The position numbers and the translations under genes were made by a program. The notes under the pieces were generated by a model. The model made no database searches. It was not told the DNA's origin and was given only the letters and a program-made list of their open reading frames with translations. Source: Deltaproteobacteria bacterium (lineage in GTDB: Bacteria > Myxococcota_A > UBA9160 > SMWR01). From it: 64,000 nucleotides of DNA. The stretch spans positions 37,008-101,007 of the forward strand of contig JAQBGU010000246.1 in the NCBI GenBank assembly GCA_032128375.1, given 5' to 3'. Below, in pieces: positions 39,309-49,189 of the stretch (position 1 is its first letter; the number at the start of each line of letters is the position of its first letter).

Positions 39309-40184
39309 ATGCGACTCCATTTGGTAGACGGAACGTTCGAGCTGTTTCGCGCCCATTATTCGAAACGTCCTGGCCATGCAGATCTGCAAGGTCGAGACGT
39401 GAAGGCAACCGTGGGTTTTGTGAGTTCGATGCTGAACCTGCTGGCGGATCCCGACGAAGCCGTCACCCACATCGCAGTCGCGTTCGACAACCCTGTCGAG
39501 TCTTTTCGCAACGCGATGTTTGCCGGGTACAAGACCGGCGAGGGGATGGACCCGGAGCTGGTCGCTCAGCTCGATGACGTCGAGCGGGCGACAACGGCGC
39601 TCGGCATTGCTGTCTGGTCGATGGAGAGGCACGAAGCCGACGATGGTATGGCGTCCGGGGCCGCGCGCTTTCGGGACGAGGTGGACCAGGTGCGCATTCT
39701 GTCACCCGACAAAGATATCGGTCAGTGCATTCGCGGAACCCAGGTGGTCCAGATCGATCGGATGCGCGGCAGGCTCACGGATGAGAAGACGCTGCGTGAA
39801 TTGCGGGGCGTCGGTCCCGCCAGTATTCCCGATTGGCTCGGACTGATGGGGGACTCCGCTGATGGGATACCGGGTATCCCGAGTTGGGGGGCGAAATCGT
39901 CAGCTGCGGTGTTGGCTCACTACGAGCACATCGATGCGATTCCCGACGACGCCGCGAATTGGAAGGTCGAGGTGCGCGGAGCGAAGCGGCTGGCGACAAA
40001 CCTCGCCGAACGGCGCGAAGATGCACTGCTGTACCGGAAGCTCGCGACCCTGGTCGAAGACGCGCCGATCTCGAAATCGCTGGCCGAAGTCGAATGGAAC
40101 GGTGTCCCGAAAGGCGCGTTCATCGACTGGTGCGAAGAGATGGCCGCCGGACGGCTCGAGACTCGCCCGCACCGTTGGGCCTAG
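39309..40184 (+). CDS. Stand-alone 5'-3' exonuclease/flap endonuclease (Pol I N-terminal-like)
   Basis: LHLVDG, AVAFD, FRNAMFAGYK, EADD, DKD, H3TH LMGDSADGIPGIPSWGAKS. Confidence 0.92.
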   Translation: MRLHLVDGTFELFRAHYSKRPGHADLQGRDVKATVGFVSSMLNLLADPDEAVTHIAVAFDNPVESFRNAMFAGYKTGEGMDPELVAQLDDVERATTALGIAVWSMERHEADDGMASGAARFRDEVDQVRILSPDKDIGQCIRGTQVVQIDRMRGRLTDEKTLRELRGVGPASIPDWLGLMGDSADGIPGIPSWGAKSSAAVLAHYEHIDAIPDDAANWKVEVRGAKRLATNLAERREDALLYRKLATLVEDAPISKSLAEVEWNGVPKGAFIDWCEEMAAGRLETRPHRWA

Positions 40185-40513
40185 CTGAGTTTGAACGATC
40201 ACACCTCCCCAACGCTTCGGACCCACCGTCGACGAACAGCATTTGGCCGTGCACATAGCTCGCGTCGGGGCCCAACAGGAAGATGACGGCCCTGGCAATT
40301 TCGGCGGCCGGTGCCGAGCGACCCAGCGGGACTGGCATCGCGTGAATAACAGGTGCGCTGACCTCGTCGGCGAGCAGCGCGTCGAGCATCGGTGTTTCCA
40401 TCTTTCCGGGTGCCACCGTGTTGAGACGAATTCCGCGCTCTCCCCATTCGCCAGCGCGGGCGTCGGGCGGCCTGCGCGAGAGCGCGCTTGGCGCTGACGT
40501 AGGCGAGGTTCGA
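40181..40513 (-). pseudogene. C-terminal remnant of an SDR (3-alpha-hydroxysteroid dehydrogenase-like)
   Basis: NLAYVSAK (YxxxK), then a frameshift, then GEWGERGIRLNTVAPGKMETPML...PLGRSA...FLLGPDASYVHGQMLFVDGG; no N-terminal TGxxxGxG. Confidence 0.8.
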
Positions 40514-40554
40514 TCTCCGGTGTCGTTCTGGTTGGCTGCGTGAAATCGAGCGCG

Positions 40555-41448
40555 CTACCGCGCGCGCTTGTCCCCAAGTTTCTCCGGGTCGATTTGGCGC
40601 ATCAATCCCTCCTGCGCGACCGTGGCGATGCGGACCCCTTCACGTGTGTAGAGCGTGGCATTTGCGAAGCCGCGTGCACCCGATGCGACGGGGCTGTGCT
40701 GGGTGAACAACAACCACTCGTCCATGCGGAAGCATCTGTGAAACCAGACCGCGTGGTCGAGGCTGGCCATCATCACATCGCGGAAGAAGAAACGGCCCGA
40801 TTTTCGATGTGGGCGATGGATGTTGCTCACCATCCCCATATCGGATGCGTAGACGAACAGGCATTGGTGTATCAGTGGTGCGTCGGGGAGTTCTCCGTTC
40901 GCGCGGATCCACACCGGGTTCGGGCCGGTCGCCGGTTCCGATGCAAACATGCCGTGTGGTTCGATCGATCGGTACTCGATCGGTCGTTCTGCGCTCAGCC
41001 AGGTCGTCGCCTGCGCGGGCATCTTGTCGGCGACTTCAGCCATGCGCTCTTCCCAGGTCGGCAAGCTCTCCGGGTCCGGTGCGTCTGGCATCGGATCCTG
41101 GTGTTCGTAGCCCTCCTCATGGATGTGGTACGAGACCGACATGTTGAAGATCGCTTCGCCGTGTTGCACGGCGACCACACGACGTGTCGCGAAGGAGTTG
41201 CCATCTCGAATCCGATCGACGTTGAAAATGATCGGGATCGACGGGTCGCCGGCGCGCAGAAAGTAGCCGTGCAGCGAATGAGCGATTCTCCCGTCGACGG
41301 TACGCGCGGCTGCGGTAAACGCCTGCGCGGCGACCTGTCCGCCAAACAATCGCTCCCGGGTCTGGCTCTCGTTGTGCCCCCGGAAGATGTTTACCTCGAT
41401 CTGCTCGAGGCTCAGGACCTCGATCAGCGATTCGAGCGCTGTGTTCAC
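40555..41448 (-). CDS. tesB: Acyl-CoA thioesterase II
   Basis: LFGGQVAAQA, HSLHGYFLRAG, RDGNSFATRRV, ASLDHAVWFH, VAQEGL; GGAGGAG RBS before GTG. Confidence 0.92.
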   Translation of the reverse strand: MNTALESLIEVLSLEQIEVNIFRGHNESQTRERLFGGQVAAQAFTAAARTVDGRIAHSLHGYFLRAGDPSIPIIFNVDRIRDGNSFATRRVVAVQHGEAIFNMSVSYHIHEEGYEHQDPMPDAPDPESLPTWEERMAEVADKMPAQATTWLSAERPIEYRSIEPHGMFASEPATGPNPVWIRANGELPDAPLIHQCLFVYASDMGMVSNIHRPHRKSGRFFFRDVMMASLDHAVWFHRCFRMDEWLLFTQHSPVASGARGFANATLYTREGVRIATVAQEGLMRQIDPEKLGDKRAR

Positions 41449-41774
41449 AGTTTCTCCTCCGGAGCGACACGCCAACCGCTGCCACTGGCGTCGCCGGTTG
41501 GAGTGCTATCAGGTCGTGCAATATAGCGGCGCTGTATACCGCGGAGCGCGCTCATCCGCCGGTTGCCCAGCGGGCCGAGATGGCGATCGAGTCAGCGCAA
41601 CACGGCCGCCAAGGCGGCATTCACGCAACCTGTCCACGCCGCTCCGCATCGAAGCCAGCCGCCAACGCTCGCGCAGCACTGCGCTGTGGTCGCGGCTAGA
41701 CTCACGAACGGACCGAATCGCATTCTCGCCGACGCCGCTGGTGGTCTGAATAGCTCGACATTGGGAGAGCCCGA

Positions 41775-42971
41775 ATGGGGACAACGCACGAAGAGTTGGT
41801 GAGAGGTGCGCAGAAGCTGCTACCGCGCGCAATCGACCTGCGGAGGCGAATTCATCGCCACCCAGAACTCGGTCTGGAGCTTCCGGAAACGCGACGCGCG
41901 ATTCTGGAAGACCTCGACGGGCTCGACCTCGAAATTCGCCAGAGCGAAACGACCAGTGGCATCGTCGCGACGTTGCGGGGCGCCAAGCCAGGCCCATCGA
42001 TCGTGCTGCGCGGCGATATGGACGCGCTACCGATGCCCGAGGATACGAACCTCGCGTTCAAGTCCGAAATCGAAGGTGTTATGCATGCCTGTGGCCACGA
42101 TTCGCATGTCGCGATGCTGGCCGGAGCCGCTCGGCTGCTCTCGGCTCACCGTGACCAGCTTGCCGGCAACGTGATGTTCATGTTTCAGCCAGGCGAAGAG
42201 GGCCACCACGGTGCCAAGCACATGCTCGAAGAAGGACTGCTCGACGACGCGGACGCGGGCTTTGCAATCCACATCTTCCCGATCATCCCCTGCGGCATGG
42301 TCACGAGCAAGCGCGGCGCGTTCATGGCGTCGGCTGACGAATTCAAGATCGAGCTGACGGGAAAGGGCGGCCACGCGTCGATGCCCCACCAGGCGCTCGA
42401 CCCCATTCCGGCTGCGTGCGAACTGGTCGGCGCACTGCAGACGTTCGTGACTCGTGGCTCGGACGCATTCGACCCCGTCGTGGTGAGCGTTTCGTTGATC
42501 CGCGCGGGAACGACCTACAACGTGATACCCGAAACCGCTCGCATCGGCGGAACGATCCGCGCGATCTCTGAGAAGGCGCGAATGCGCACCCACGACGGGA
42601 TCGATCGCGTCGCGCGCGGCATCGCCCTGGCTCACGGCCTGGAAGTCAAGGTCGAGTTGCTGCTCGGCTACCCGGTGACGGTCAACCACGACGCCTTCAC
42701 CGATTTTGCACTCGATACCGCGCGCGAGCTGGTCGGCCCCGAAAAAGTCGTGGTGTCACCGAACCCGGTGATGGGCGCAGAAGATTGGTCGTATGTATTG
42801 CAGAAGATCCCCGGCTGCATGGTGATTCTGGGTGTTCGGCCGGACGACGCCGAACCAGCGCCATGTCACTCGAATCGCATGGTGCTGAACGAGAAGGGGA
42901 TGGCAACCGGGATCGCGTTGCACGCCGCGGTGGCACGGCGATATCTCGATGGTGAACAGCGGGTGTTCTGA
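41775..42971 (+). CDS. M20D family amidohydrolase (hippurate hydrolase-like)
   Basis: HRHPELG, LRGDMDALP, MHACGHD, FQPGEEG, GGHAS, GAED. Confidence 0.93.
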   Translation: MGTTHEELVRGAQKLLPRAIDLRRRIHRHPELGLELPETRRAILEDLDGLDLEIRQSETTSGIVATLRGAKPGPSIVLRGDMDALPMPEDTNLAFKSEIEGVMHACGHDSHVAMLAGAARLLSAHRDQLAGNVMFMFQPGEEGHHGAKHMLEEGLLDDADAGFAIHIFPIIPCGMVTSKRGAFMASADEFKIELTGKGGHASMPHQALDPIPAACELVGALQTFVTRGSDAFDPVVVSVSLIRAGTTYNVIPETARIGGTIRAISEKARMRTHDGIDRVARGIALAHGLEVKVELLLGYPVTVNHDAFTDFALDTARELVGPEKVVVSPNPVMGAEDWSYVLQKIPGCMVILGVRPDDAEPAPCHSNRMVLNEKGMATGIALHAAVARRYLDGEQRVF

Positions 42972-43021
42972 TCGCCCGCGCCGCCGTGAAAGCGCGCGCC
43001 GTGCGAGCGGAGCACCGGCAG

Positions 43022-44851
43022 CTACCTGCTCGCCTTGGACCCCGAGTCGACTGTGCCAAACAGTGCGTCGGCCGACGCTGCGTAGCTCGGCCAATCCTGT
43101 TCGATCAAGTCGATCGACGCGTGCCAGAAGTCCGGCTGCTCGAGATCCACGCCGAGGCACCGCTTCGCGACTCCCTCGGCGCTATCGCTTCCGGTCAGCT
43201 TCAATAGCTGTTCATAGCGCTTCAGAAAGTCGGGACCTTCGAGTTTCGCCCGGGCGAAGATTCCCATGCTGAACAGGTAGCCGAACGTATACGGGAAATT
43301 GTAAAAGCTGAGACCCGTGATGTAGAAGTGGAGCTTCGAAGCCCAGAACCACGGGTCGAGTTCGTCTTCAGCAAGACAATCCCCATAGCAGCGGCGCTGC
43401 GCGTCGAGCATCAACTCCTTCAAGCGACTGACGGAGACTTCGCCGCGTTGGCGTTCATCGTAGAGCGATTGTTCGAAATAGAAGCGCATCGGAATGTTCA
43501 GCAAGAACGTCGCGCCATCCTGCATGCGGCTTTCGAGGATCGCCGCGCGCTGTTCCGGGCTCGCGCTCGCGTCGTCGAGCACCGCATCGATCACCAACTG
43601 CTCGGCAAAGGTCGAGGCTGTCTCGGCGAGCGTCATGGGGTATTTGCGGCTCCACCAGCGCATGTCGCGCATCAGCCAGGCGTGAAACGCATGGCCCAGT
43701 TCATGAGCGACGGTTGCAACGTCCCCGAGTGTTTCGTTGTAGGTCAAGAAGATTCGGGATTCTCCGATCACCGGCGATGAAGAGCAGAACCCACCCGGAC
43801 GTTTACCGGCGCGCGGTCTATAGTCGATCCAGCGGCGGTCGAAGGCCATTTCTGCAAAGCGCGCGAGATCCGGGTAGCAACGTGAAAATGCGTCGATGAT
43901 TCGATCCCGCGCAGCATCCCACGGGATGCGTGCTGTATCCGCAAGCGGCAGCGCTGCCATCAGGTCCTGGAAGCCGAGCCTGTCGCGTCCCAAGATCGAG
44001 GCTTTTCGTCGCAGGTAGCGGTGTGCGACTTCCTGCCGGTCGTTTGCTGCGCCGAGCAGCGCGTGAAGGGTACGCTGCGAGATGGATGCGTCGAACAGCG
44101 CCGGATCCAGAAATTGGGAGACGCCGCGACGTCGATACAGCGTGTGTCGAATGCCGGAAATTCCGTTCAGACATGCGGATGTGACATCTGCGACCCCTTC
44201 CCACGCGGCATTCGAACCTCGTAGGGCGGCGCGGCGGACCGCGGGGTCCGGGTCCTCGAGCAGGCTGCGGGTGACGGAGACCGGTATGCGTCGAGTCTGC
44301 TGTCCGGGGATTTCCAAGTCGAATTCGAGGCGGCCGGAAACCTGGTCGTACAGCCGACCCCACGCCGATAGAGCATCCACGTTGAGATCGCTGGCGAGGC
44401 TTTCGAGTTCTGTGTCCATTCGCCACTGAGCGCTCGTCCGGAGCCGGACCAGGAAGTGCGACACATCGGTGAGATCAGCGCAGGCCAGCAGCTTCTCGAA
44501 TACCGCATCGTCGGCGTCGCCCAGTTTGGCGCGCAGCAACACGAAAATTTTCTCGAGCTCGGCCCGCGCGGCAGCTGCGGATGCGGTCTCGCTCTGAATC
44601 GTTTCGTCGCGTGAGTCGGCCGCCGCTAGACAGCCCAGATACGACCCGAGGTGGGTCGCGCGAGCGGCGACCTGTTCGACGCGCAGCAGTGCTTCTGACC
44701 ATTCTTCGCTGTTGCTGGAACCGATTGGGCCGAGTTCCTTGACCTCGCGCTGCAAAGACGCGAAGTCGTGTTTCAGGTGATCGCGAAAGGAGCGGTAGGC
44801 GGGCCCGTCGAACGCGTCGAAGTAGGCGGTCATGTCCCAGTCGGCGGCCAT
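43022..44851 (-). CDS. pepF: M3 family oligoendopeptidase F
   Basis: GKRPGGFC, HELGH, LAETAS, WASKLHFY, FYNFPYTFGYLF. Confidence 0.9.
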   Translation of the reverse strand: MAADWDMTAYFDAFDGPAYRSFRDHLKHDFASLQREVKELGPIGSSNSEEWSEALLRVEQVAARATHLGSYLGCLAAADSRDETIQSETASAAAARAELEKIFVLLRAKLGDADDAVFEKLLACADLTDVSHFLVRLRTSAQWRMDTELESLASDLNVDALSAWGRLYDQVSGRLEFDLEIPGQQTRRIPVSVTRSLLEDPDPAVRRAALRGSNAAWEGVADVTSACLNGISGIRHTLYRRRGVSQFLDPALFDASISQRTLHALLGAANDRQEVAHRYLRRKASILGRDRLGFQDLMAALPLADTARIPWDAARDRIIDAFSRCYPDLARFAEMAFDRRWIDYRPRAGKRPGGFCSSSPVIGESRIFLTYNETLGDVATVAHELGHAFHAWLMRDMRWWSRKYPMTLAETASTFAEQLVIDAVLDDASASPEQRAAILESRMQDGATFLLNIPMRFYFEQSLYDERQRGEVSVSRLKELMLDAQRRCYGDCLAEDELDPWFWASKLHFYITGLSFYNFPYTFGYLFSMGIFARAKLEGPDFLKRYEQLLKLTGSDSAEGVAKRCLGVDLEQPDFWHASIDLIEQDWPSYAASADALFGTVDSGSKASR

Positions 44852-45143
44852 CGGTTCTCCGGTGTGCGGTTGACTGTAAGAGCCGTGCGCTGCGAGTCTC
44901 CACACTTCTCAAAGGAGCCGCCACATCCCGGCCACAGTGGATTCCACGTCGGATTCAGTGGAGGTGTTTCGCAGGAGGTTCTCGATGCGCTCGCGAGAAG
45001 CACCGCTTCTCGAGTGGGTGGCAGCGTTCCGCACAGGCCTGCGGGTAGTATCTCCGTGTGGATCACGCGGGGGTGGGTCGAAGCATTGCCGTCCCCGAAG
45101 GTCTCGATCTGATCAAACAACGTTGAGCTCGGGAGGGTCAGGC

Positions 45144-45932
45144 GTGTTCGAAACGTTCGAAGTAGAGCGAGTGGGTGAGTTGACGCGAATCTGGTTGAAC
45201 CGGACCGAGCGCCGCAACGCCGTCAACTCGACCATGCTGCGCGAACTCGGCGACTTCTTTCTGTCGCTCGAGACCGCCTTCGATACCCGCGTGGTTGTAC
45301 TCGGAGGCCGTGGACCCACGTTCTGCTCGGGGGCCGATCGCAAGCCGCCGGCGCCATCGGATGCAACGCCGCGCGCGCGCACCGATCGCGAGATCCGCTG
45401 GGAGGGCCAGCTCGGCCGGCGCGCGTGCCGCGCGATCGAAGCTTGCGACGCCGTCACGATCGCCCGTGTGCACGGTCACGCAATCGGGGGTGGCGCGTGC
45501 TTCGCGCTTTCGTGCGACTTCCGAATCGCCGCACTGGACGCGGTGTTCCGCGTTCCCGAGGTCGATCTGGGCATGCCGTTGAGTTGGGGCGCGGTTCCAC
45601 GTTTGATTCACGAGATCGGAGCCGCGCGCGCCCGAGAGGTGCTGCTGATGTGTAACGACATCGATGCGACCACGGCTGCAGATTGGGCCATGGTCCACCG
45701 CGTCGTCGAAACCGACGAACTGGATGCGGAAGTCGACCGCTGGGTGGAACGCATCCTCGCGAAGCCGGAGTTGGCGCTCTTCATGGCCAAAACGCAGCTT
45801 CGCAGCTACGCGCAGCGCGACGCGCTGGGTGACGCCAGCGAGACCGACGGCGACATGATTGCGGTGGCGGCCCGCAGCGCCTCGGCGGCGGGGCGCTTCG
45901 CAATGACGCGCAAGAAGTCCCAGACCCTATAG
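45144..45932 (+). CDS. Enoyl-CoA hydratase/isomerase family protein
   Basis: LNRTERRNAVN, FCSGAD, HGHAIGGG, CDFRIA, PEVDLG; GGGAGG RBS before GTG 45144. Confidence 0.9.
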   Translation: MFETFEVERVGELTRIWLNRTERRNAVNSTMLRELGDFFLSLETAFDTRVVVLGGRGPTFCSGADRKPPAPSDATPRARTDREIRWEGQLGRRACRAIEACDAVTIARVHGHAIGGGACFALSCDFRIAALDAVFRVPEVDLGMPLSWGAVPRLIHEIGAARAREVLLMCNDIDATTAADWAMVHRVVETDELDAEVDRWVERILAKPELALFMAKTQLRSYAQRDALGDASETDGDMIAVAARSASAAGRFAMTRKKSQTL

Positions 45933-46129
45933 AGACCGGCTCCGTCGTAACCTCGTGTAGTCATGAGACTCGCGGGGGCGACGGACGCAGGCTGACCCGC
46001 GACGGGTCAACCGACGACGTGGAAGCTTTCGCGCACAGCGGCGAACGCGCAACTAGGTGCGACCGATCGTCAAACTCCACCTGCCTGAAGCGCCTCTCGA
46101 AGCACCCCCAAGGCGATGGCAGCGACTGT

Positions 46130-46441
46130 TCAACCGCCACGAGCTTTCAGAACGGTATCGAGCGCATGAACGGCGACAGCGACGATAACGCCGACAATGA
46201 TGACCCCGAACAGCGCGAGAAAGACCGTGATGACTCGCGCGCCACGTGATCGGGGTGTCAAGTCGCCGAAGCCGACTGTAAACGCGGTAATGAAGGCGAA
46301 GTAGATGGCGTCTTCCAGAGGCATTCCGTCGAATCGCGAGATCAACACGCCCGCGGCTGCGATGAGCACAACGAAGATGGCGAATACGCCGCTGAGTTCG
46401 TTCAGAAGTCCCAGGTGCGCGGCTATGAATTCGCTTAGCAT
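46130..46441 (-). CDS. Two-TM potassium channel pore protein (Ion_trans_2)
   Basis: DAIYFAFITAFTVGFGDLTP selectivity filter flanked by two TM helices; GAGGA RBS. Confidence 0.88.
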   Translation of the reverse strand: MLSEFIAAHLGLLNELSGVFAIFVVLIAAAGVLISRFDGMPLEDAIYFAFITAFTVGFGDLTPRSRGARVITVFLALFGVIIVGVIVAVAVHALDTVLKARGG

Positions 46442-46539
46442 GGGTCCTCGCGGGTGTGGGCGGCCCGTCGAAACCGAACTGGGCACCAGCTGACCCCGCC
46501 CAGGCGGCTAGATCGGCGCACTCTTTGTCGGCGCACTCA

Positions 46540-47007
46540 CTATTGGACGACGATCTTCCCCTGCATACGCGACTGGGGATCATCCATCGCTGCGGGGTCG
46601 CCCATGCCGCCCGAAAACAGCCAGATCTCGTACTCGTATTCTCCCGGCTTCAGCGGGCAGGGAATCTCGAGATCGTCCATCGCCCCGCCCTGTGTGATCG
46701 GGATCGATTGGTAGCCGGCCGCGGTCTTCATCCAGTTGGGGCGCAGATCGGAGCAGGTGAATGCGGTCGCTACCTCGTTGGAGAATACGATGCTGCCGTC
46801 GTTCATCGACGCGTAGTTGACCCACGATAGCGTGCCGCCCTCGAGCACCTGAGCGATCGAGGGGTGCAGCGACATGTCGGTAAACTGCACCATCACGTGC
46901 TTGCGTGGCTTGTTCTTCGTGGGGTGCTGCTCCCAGGTCGGCATCTCGGCGACCGCCAATCCGGGCAGTCCGAGGCAAATGAGAAAGCTGGCGATCATTC
47001 GGCTCAT
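46540..47007 (-). CDS. Exported cupredoxin-fold-like protein
   Basis: Signal peptide; LHPSIAQVLEGGTLSWVN and PGEYEY...MQGKIVV resemble plastocyanin-like strands. Confidence 0.55.
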   Translation of the reverse strand: MSRMIASFLICLGLPGLAVAEMPTWEQHPTKNKPRKHVMVQFTDMSLHPSIAQVLEGGTLSWVNYASMNDGSIVFSNEVATAFTCSDLRPNWMKTAAGYQSIPITQGGAMDDLEIPCPLKPGEYEYEIWLFSGGMGDPAAMDDPQSRMQGKIVVQ

Positions 47008-47189
47008 GCGGTTCACCTCGCGTACTAGACTGCCGACCATAGGCTCCGGACGGGCCAACAGGCAAGGGGGCCAGCCACAGTTCAACCGCTCGTATAGAGT
47101 GCTATTCGAAGGACATCTCCGCTACGGTGCTGGCCCAAGGTGCACCTGAAAACCAGCACCAGACCCTGAACCTGCAAAGGAGAGGCGGA

Positions 47190-47951
47190 ATGACACGCGA
47201 GAACAGCTGGAGCTCGGCCGGGTTGGTGGCGTTGCTGCTGGTAACCGGCCCCCTCGTTGCACGAGGTGAAGACTTGCCTTTGGCAACTTCCTCACCGGAA
47301 GTACTGCTCCGGCAGATGTCCGACGAGCTGAAGCGCAGCGAGACCTTCCGCTTTCACGCCGAGATCAACTTCGACGACGTGCTGGTATCCGGACAGAAGC
47401 TGCAATACGCCGGGGCGGTCGACGTGACGGTGAAGCATCCCGATGGCGTCCATATCGACCATCGCGACGACATCAGCGCGAAGCGCTTCTGGTACGACGG
47501 CAAGACAGCCACGCTTCTCGATCTCTTCCACGAGAAATACTCGCAAATCGATCTGCCCGGTGACATCGACTCCGCGGTAGACCGGCTGATCGAGAGATAC
47601 AATCTGTCGCTTCCGCTGGCGAACCTGATCTCGAGCGACGTCTTCGAGACAATCGAAGAGCATGCGATTGGATGGGGCTACATGGGAGTTCACGATGTGG
47701 ATGGAACACCGACCCACCACATTGCCATCATGGGCAAGAACTCGGATCTCCAGCTGTGGATCCAGAAGGACGGGCCTCCGCTGCCGCTGAAACTGGTGGT
47801 CACCTACACGAACGTCGCCGAGGCTCCTCAGTACCAGGCGCTGCTGATGGATTGGGAGATCGGCGCAACGGTCTCGGCCGACACCTTCGAGCCCACGCTG
47901 CCGAAGGGCGCCCAGCAGATCGAATTCCTGGTTGTGGAGGGTCAAAAATGA
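47190..47951 (+). CDS. DUF2092 domain periplasmic protein
   Basis: LRQMSDEL, GQKLQY, FWYDGKTATL, LPLANL, DLQLWIQKDGPPLPLKLVVTY, PQY. Confidence 0.85.
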   Translation: MTRENSWSSAGLVALLLVTGPLVARGEDLPLATSSPEVLLRQMSDELKRSETFRFHAEINFDDVLVSGQKLQYAGAVDVTVKHPDGVHIDHRDDISAKRFWYDGKTATLLDLFHEKYSQIDLPGDIDSAVDRLIERYNLSLPLANLISSDVFETIEEHAIGWGYMGVHDVDGTPTHHIAIMGKNSDLQLWIQKDGPPLPLKLVVTYTNVAEAPQYQALLMDWEIGATVSADTFEPTLPKGAQQIEFLVVEGQK

Positions 47952-49120
47952 CGGTTCGTAACTTCCTCTCATTATCGAAAGCCCGCCGACGACTCGTGCT
48001 CGGCGGCGTCGCAATCTCGGTGTGTCTGTCGCTCGCCGCTGACACCTCCTTCGCCCGCGGTGGCGGTGGCCGTGGCGGCGGTGGCTTCAGCGGCGGTGGC
48101 GGCGGCCGTGGCGGTGGTGGCGGTGGCTTCAGCGGCGGTGGCCGCGGTGGCGGCGGCTTCAGCGGCGGTGGCTTCGGCGGCGGCGGCTTCGGCGGCGGAG
48201 ATCGAGGTGCAGGCGCCGGTAGCGGTGGCGGCTTCGGCGGCGGAGATCGAGGTGCAGGCGCCGGTAGCGGTGGCGGCTTCGGCGGCGGAGATCGAGGGGC
48301 AGGCGCCGCTGGTGGTGGCGGCTTCGGCGGCGGAGATCGAGGTGCAGGCGACGCTGGTGGTGGCGGCTTCGGGGGCGGCGATCGAAGCGGCGCGGGCGAC
48401 GGCTCGCAAGGCGATCGAGGGATGAACTCAGACAACGTCTCGTCCCGACAGGACGGGGCCACCGACCGGACCGATTCTCGCCAGCAGGGGGCTAGCGACC
48501 GGACCGATTCTCGCCAACAGGGAGCCACCGACCGGACCGACACGCGAAACCAGACCGCGCAGCAGGTCTCCGGTAACCGCACGAACGCCTGGAACAACAC
48601 AGTCGATCATTGGGGGGGCGGCTCCTACTGGGGCCACTCCTACTACGGGGGCTACGGCGACGCAGGCGCGGCCTTCTTGGCGGGTATGATACTTGGCGCG
48701 GCCGTGGCTTCGCTGCCGCCCAAACACCAGACCGTCGTTGTCGCCGGGTCGCCGTACTACTACGCCAACGGCGTCTACTATGTGACGTCCGGTACGCAAT
48801 ACGTTGTCGTTGCCGCGCCGGTCGGCGCCGTCGTCGAGCACCCGCCAGCGCAGGTCACGAACGTCTATGTGAACAACCAGGACCTCGGCTACTCGAACGG
48901 CGCCTACTACGAGCAGCAGCCCGCCCCCGAAGCCGGCGGCGACCCGAGCTACAAGGTGGTTGCGCCACCGGTCGGCGCCACGGTGGAGAGTCTGCCGAAG
49001 GACGCCAAGCAGACTACGATCGGAGGAACCGAGTACTACGTGTACTCGGACACCTACTACCAGGTCTTCCATAGCGGCAGCAAAGTGGTGTACATGGTGG
49101 TCCAGAACCCGAAGGCATGA
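47948..49120 (+). CDS. Exported Gly-rich low-complexity protein with a DUF6515-like C-terminus
   Basis: ATGA overlap; signal peptide; GGGFGGGDRGAG repeats; TDRTDSRQQGA repeats; SLPP...YYYANGVYY...YVVVAAPVGA modules. Confidence 0.75.
   Translation: MTVRNFLSLSKARRRLVLGGVAISVCLSLAADTSFARGGGGRGGGGFSGGGGGRGGGGGGFSGGGRGGGGFSGGGFGGGGFGGGDRGAGAGSGGGFGGGDRGAGAGSGGGFGGGDRGAGAAGGGGFGGGDRGAGDAGGGGFGGGDRSGAGDGSQGDRGMNSDNVSSRQDGATDRTDSRQQGASDRTDSRQQGATDRTDTRNQTAQQVSGNRTNAWNNTVDHWGGGSYWGHSYYGGYGDAGAAFLAGMILGAAVASLPPKHQTVVVAGSPYYYANGVYYVTSGTQYVVVAAPVGAVVEHPPAQVTNVYVNNQDLGYSNGAYYEQQPAPEAGGDPSYKVVAPPVGATVESLPKDAKQTTIGGTEYYVYSDTYYQVFHSGSKVVYMVVQNPKA
48058..48400 (+). repeat. Coding Gly-rich repeats (GGY triplets and 45-nt units)
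   Basis: GGCGGCTTCGGCGGCGGAGATCGAGG(T/G)GCAGGCG recurs four times with 45-nt periodicity. Confidence 0.9.
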
Positions 49121-49189
49121 AGCACCGCCCGGAGCCGGCCCGGAGCATGCCGGCCCCTCGACTCCGGCCTGGCGTCGCGGCCCGTGGCT

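Noticed and set aside
41470..41770. Small ORFs in the tesB-M20 gap and in 44860-45120 and 20945-21250
   Set aside because: No recognisable motifs or convincing RBS; left unannotated
47800..48600. Pro-rich minus-strand ORF and Ala-rich alternate frames
   Set aside because: Mirror of the Gly-repeat coding sequence
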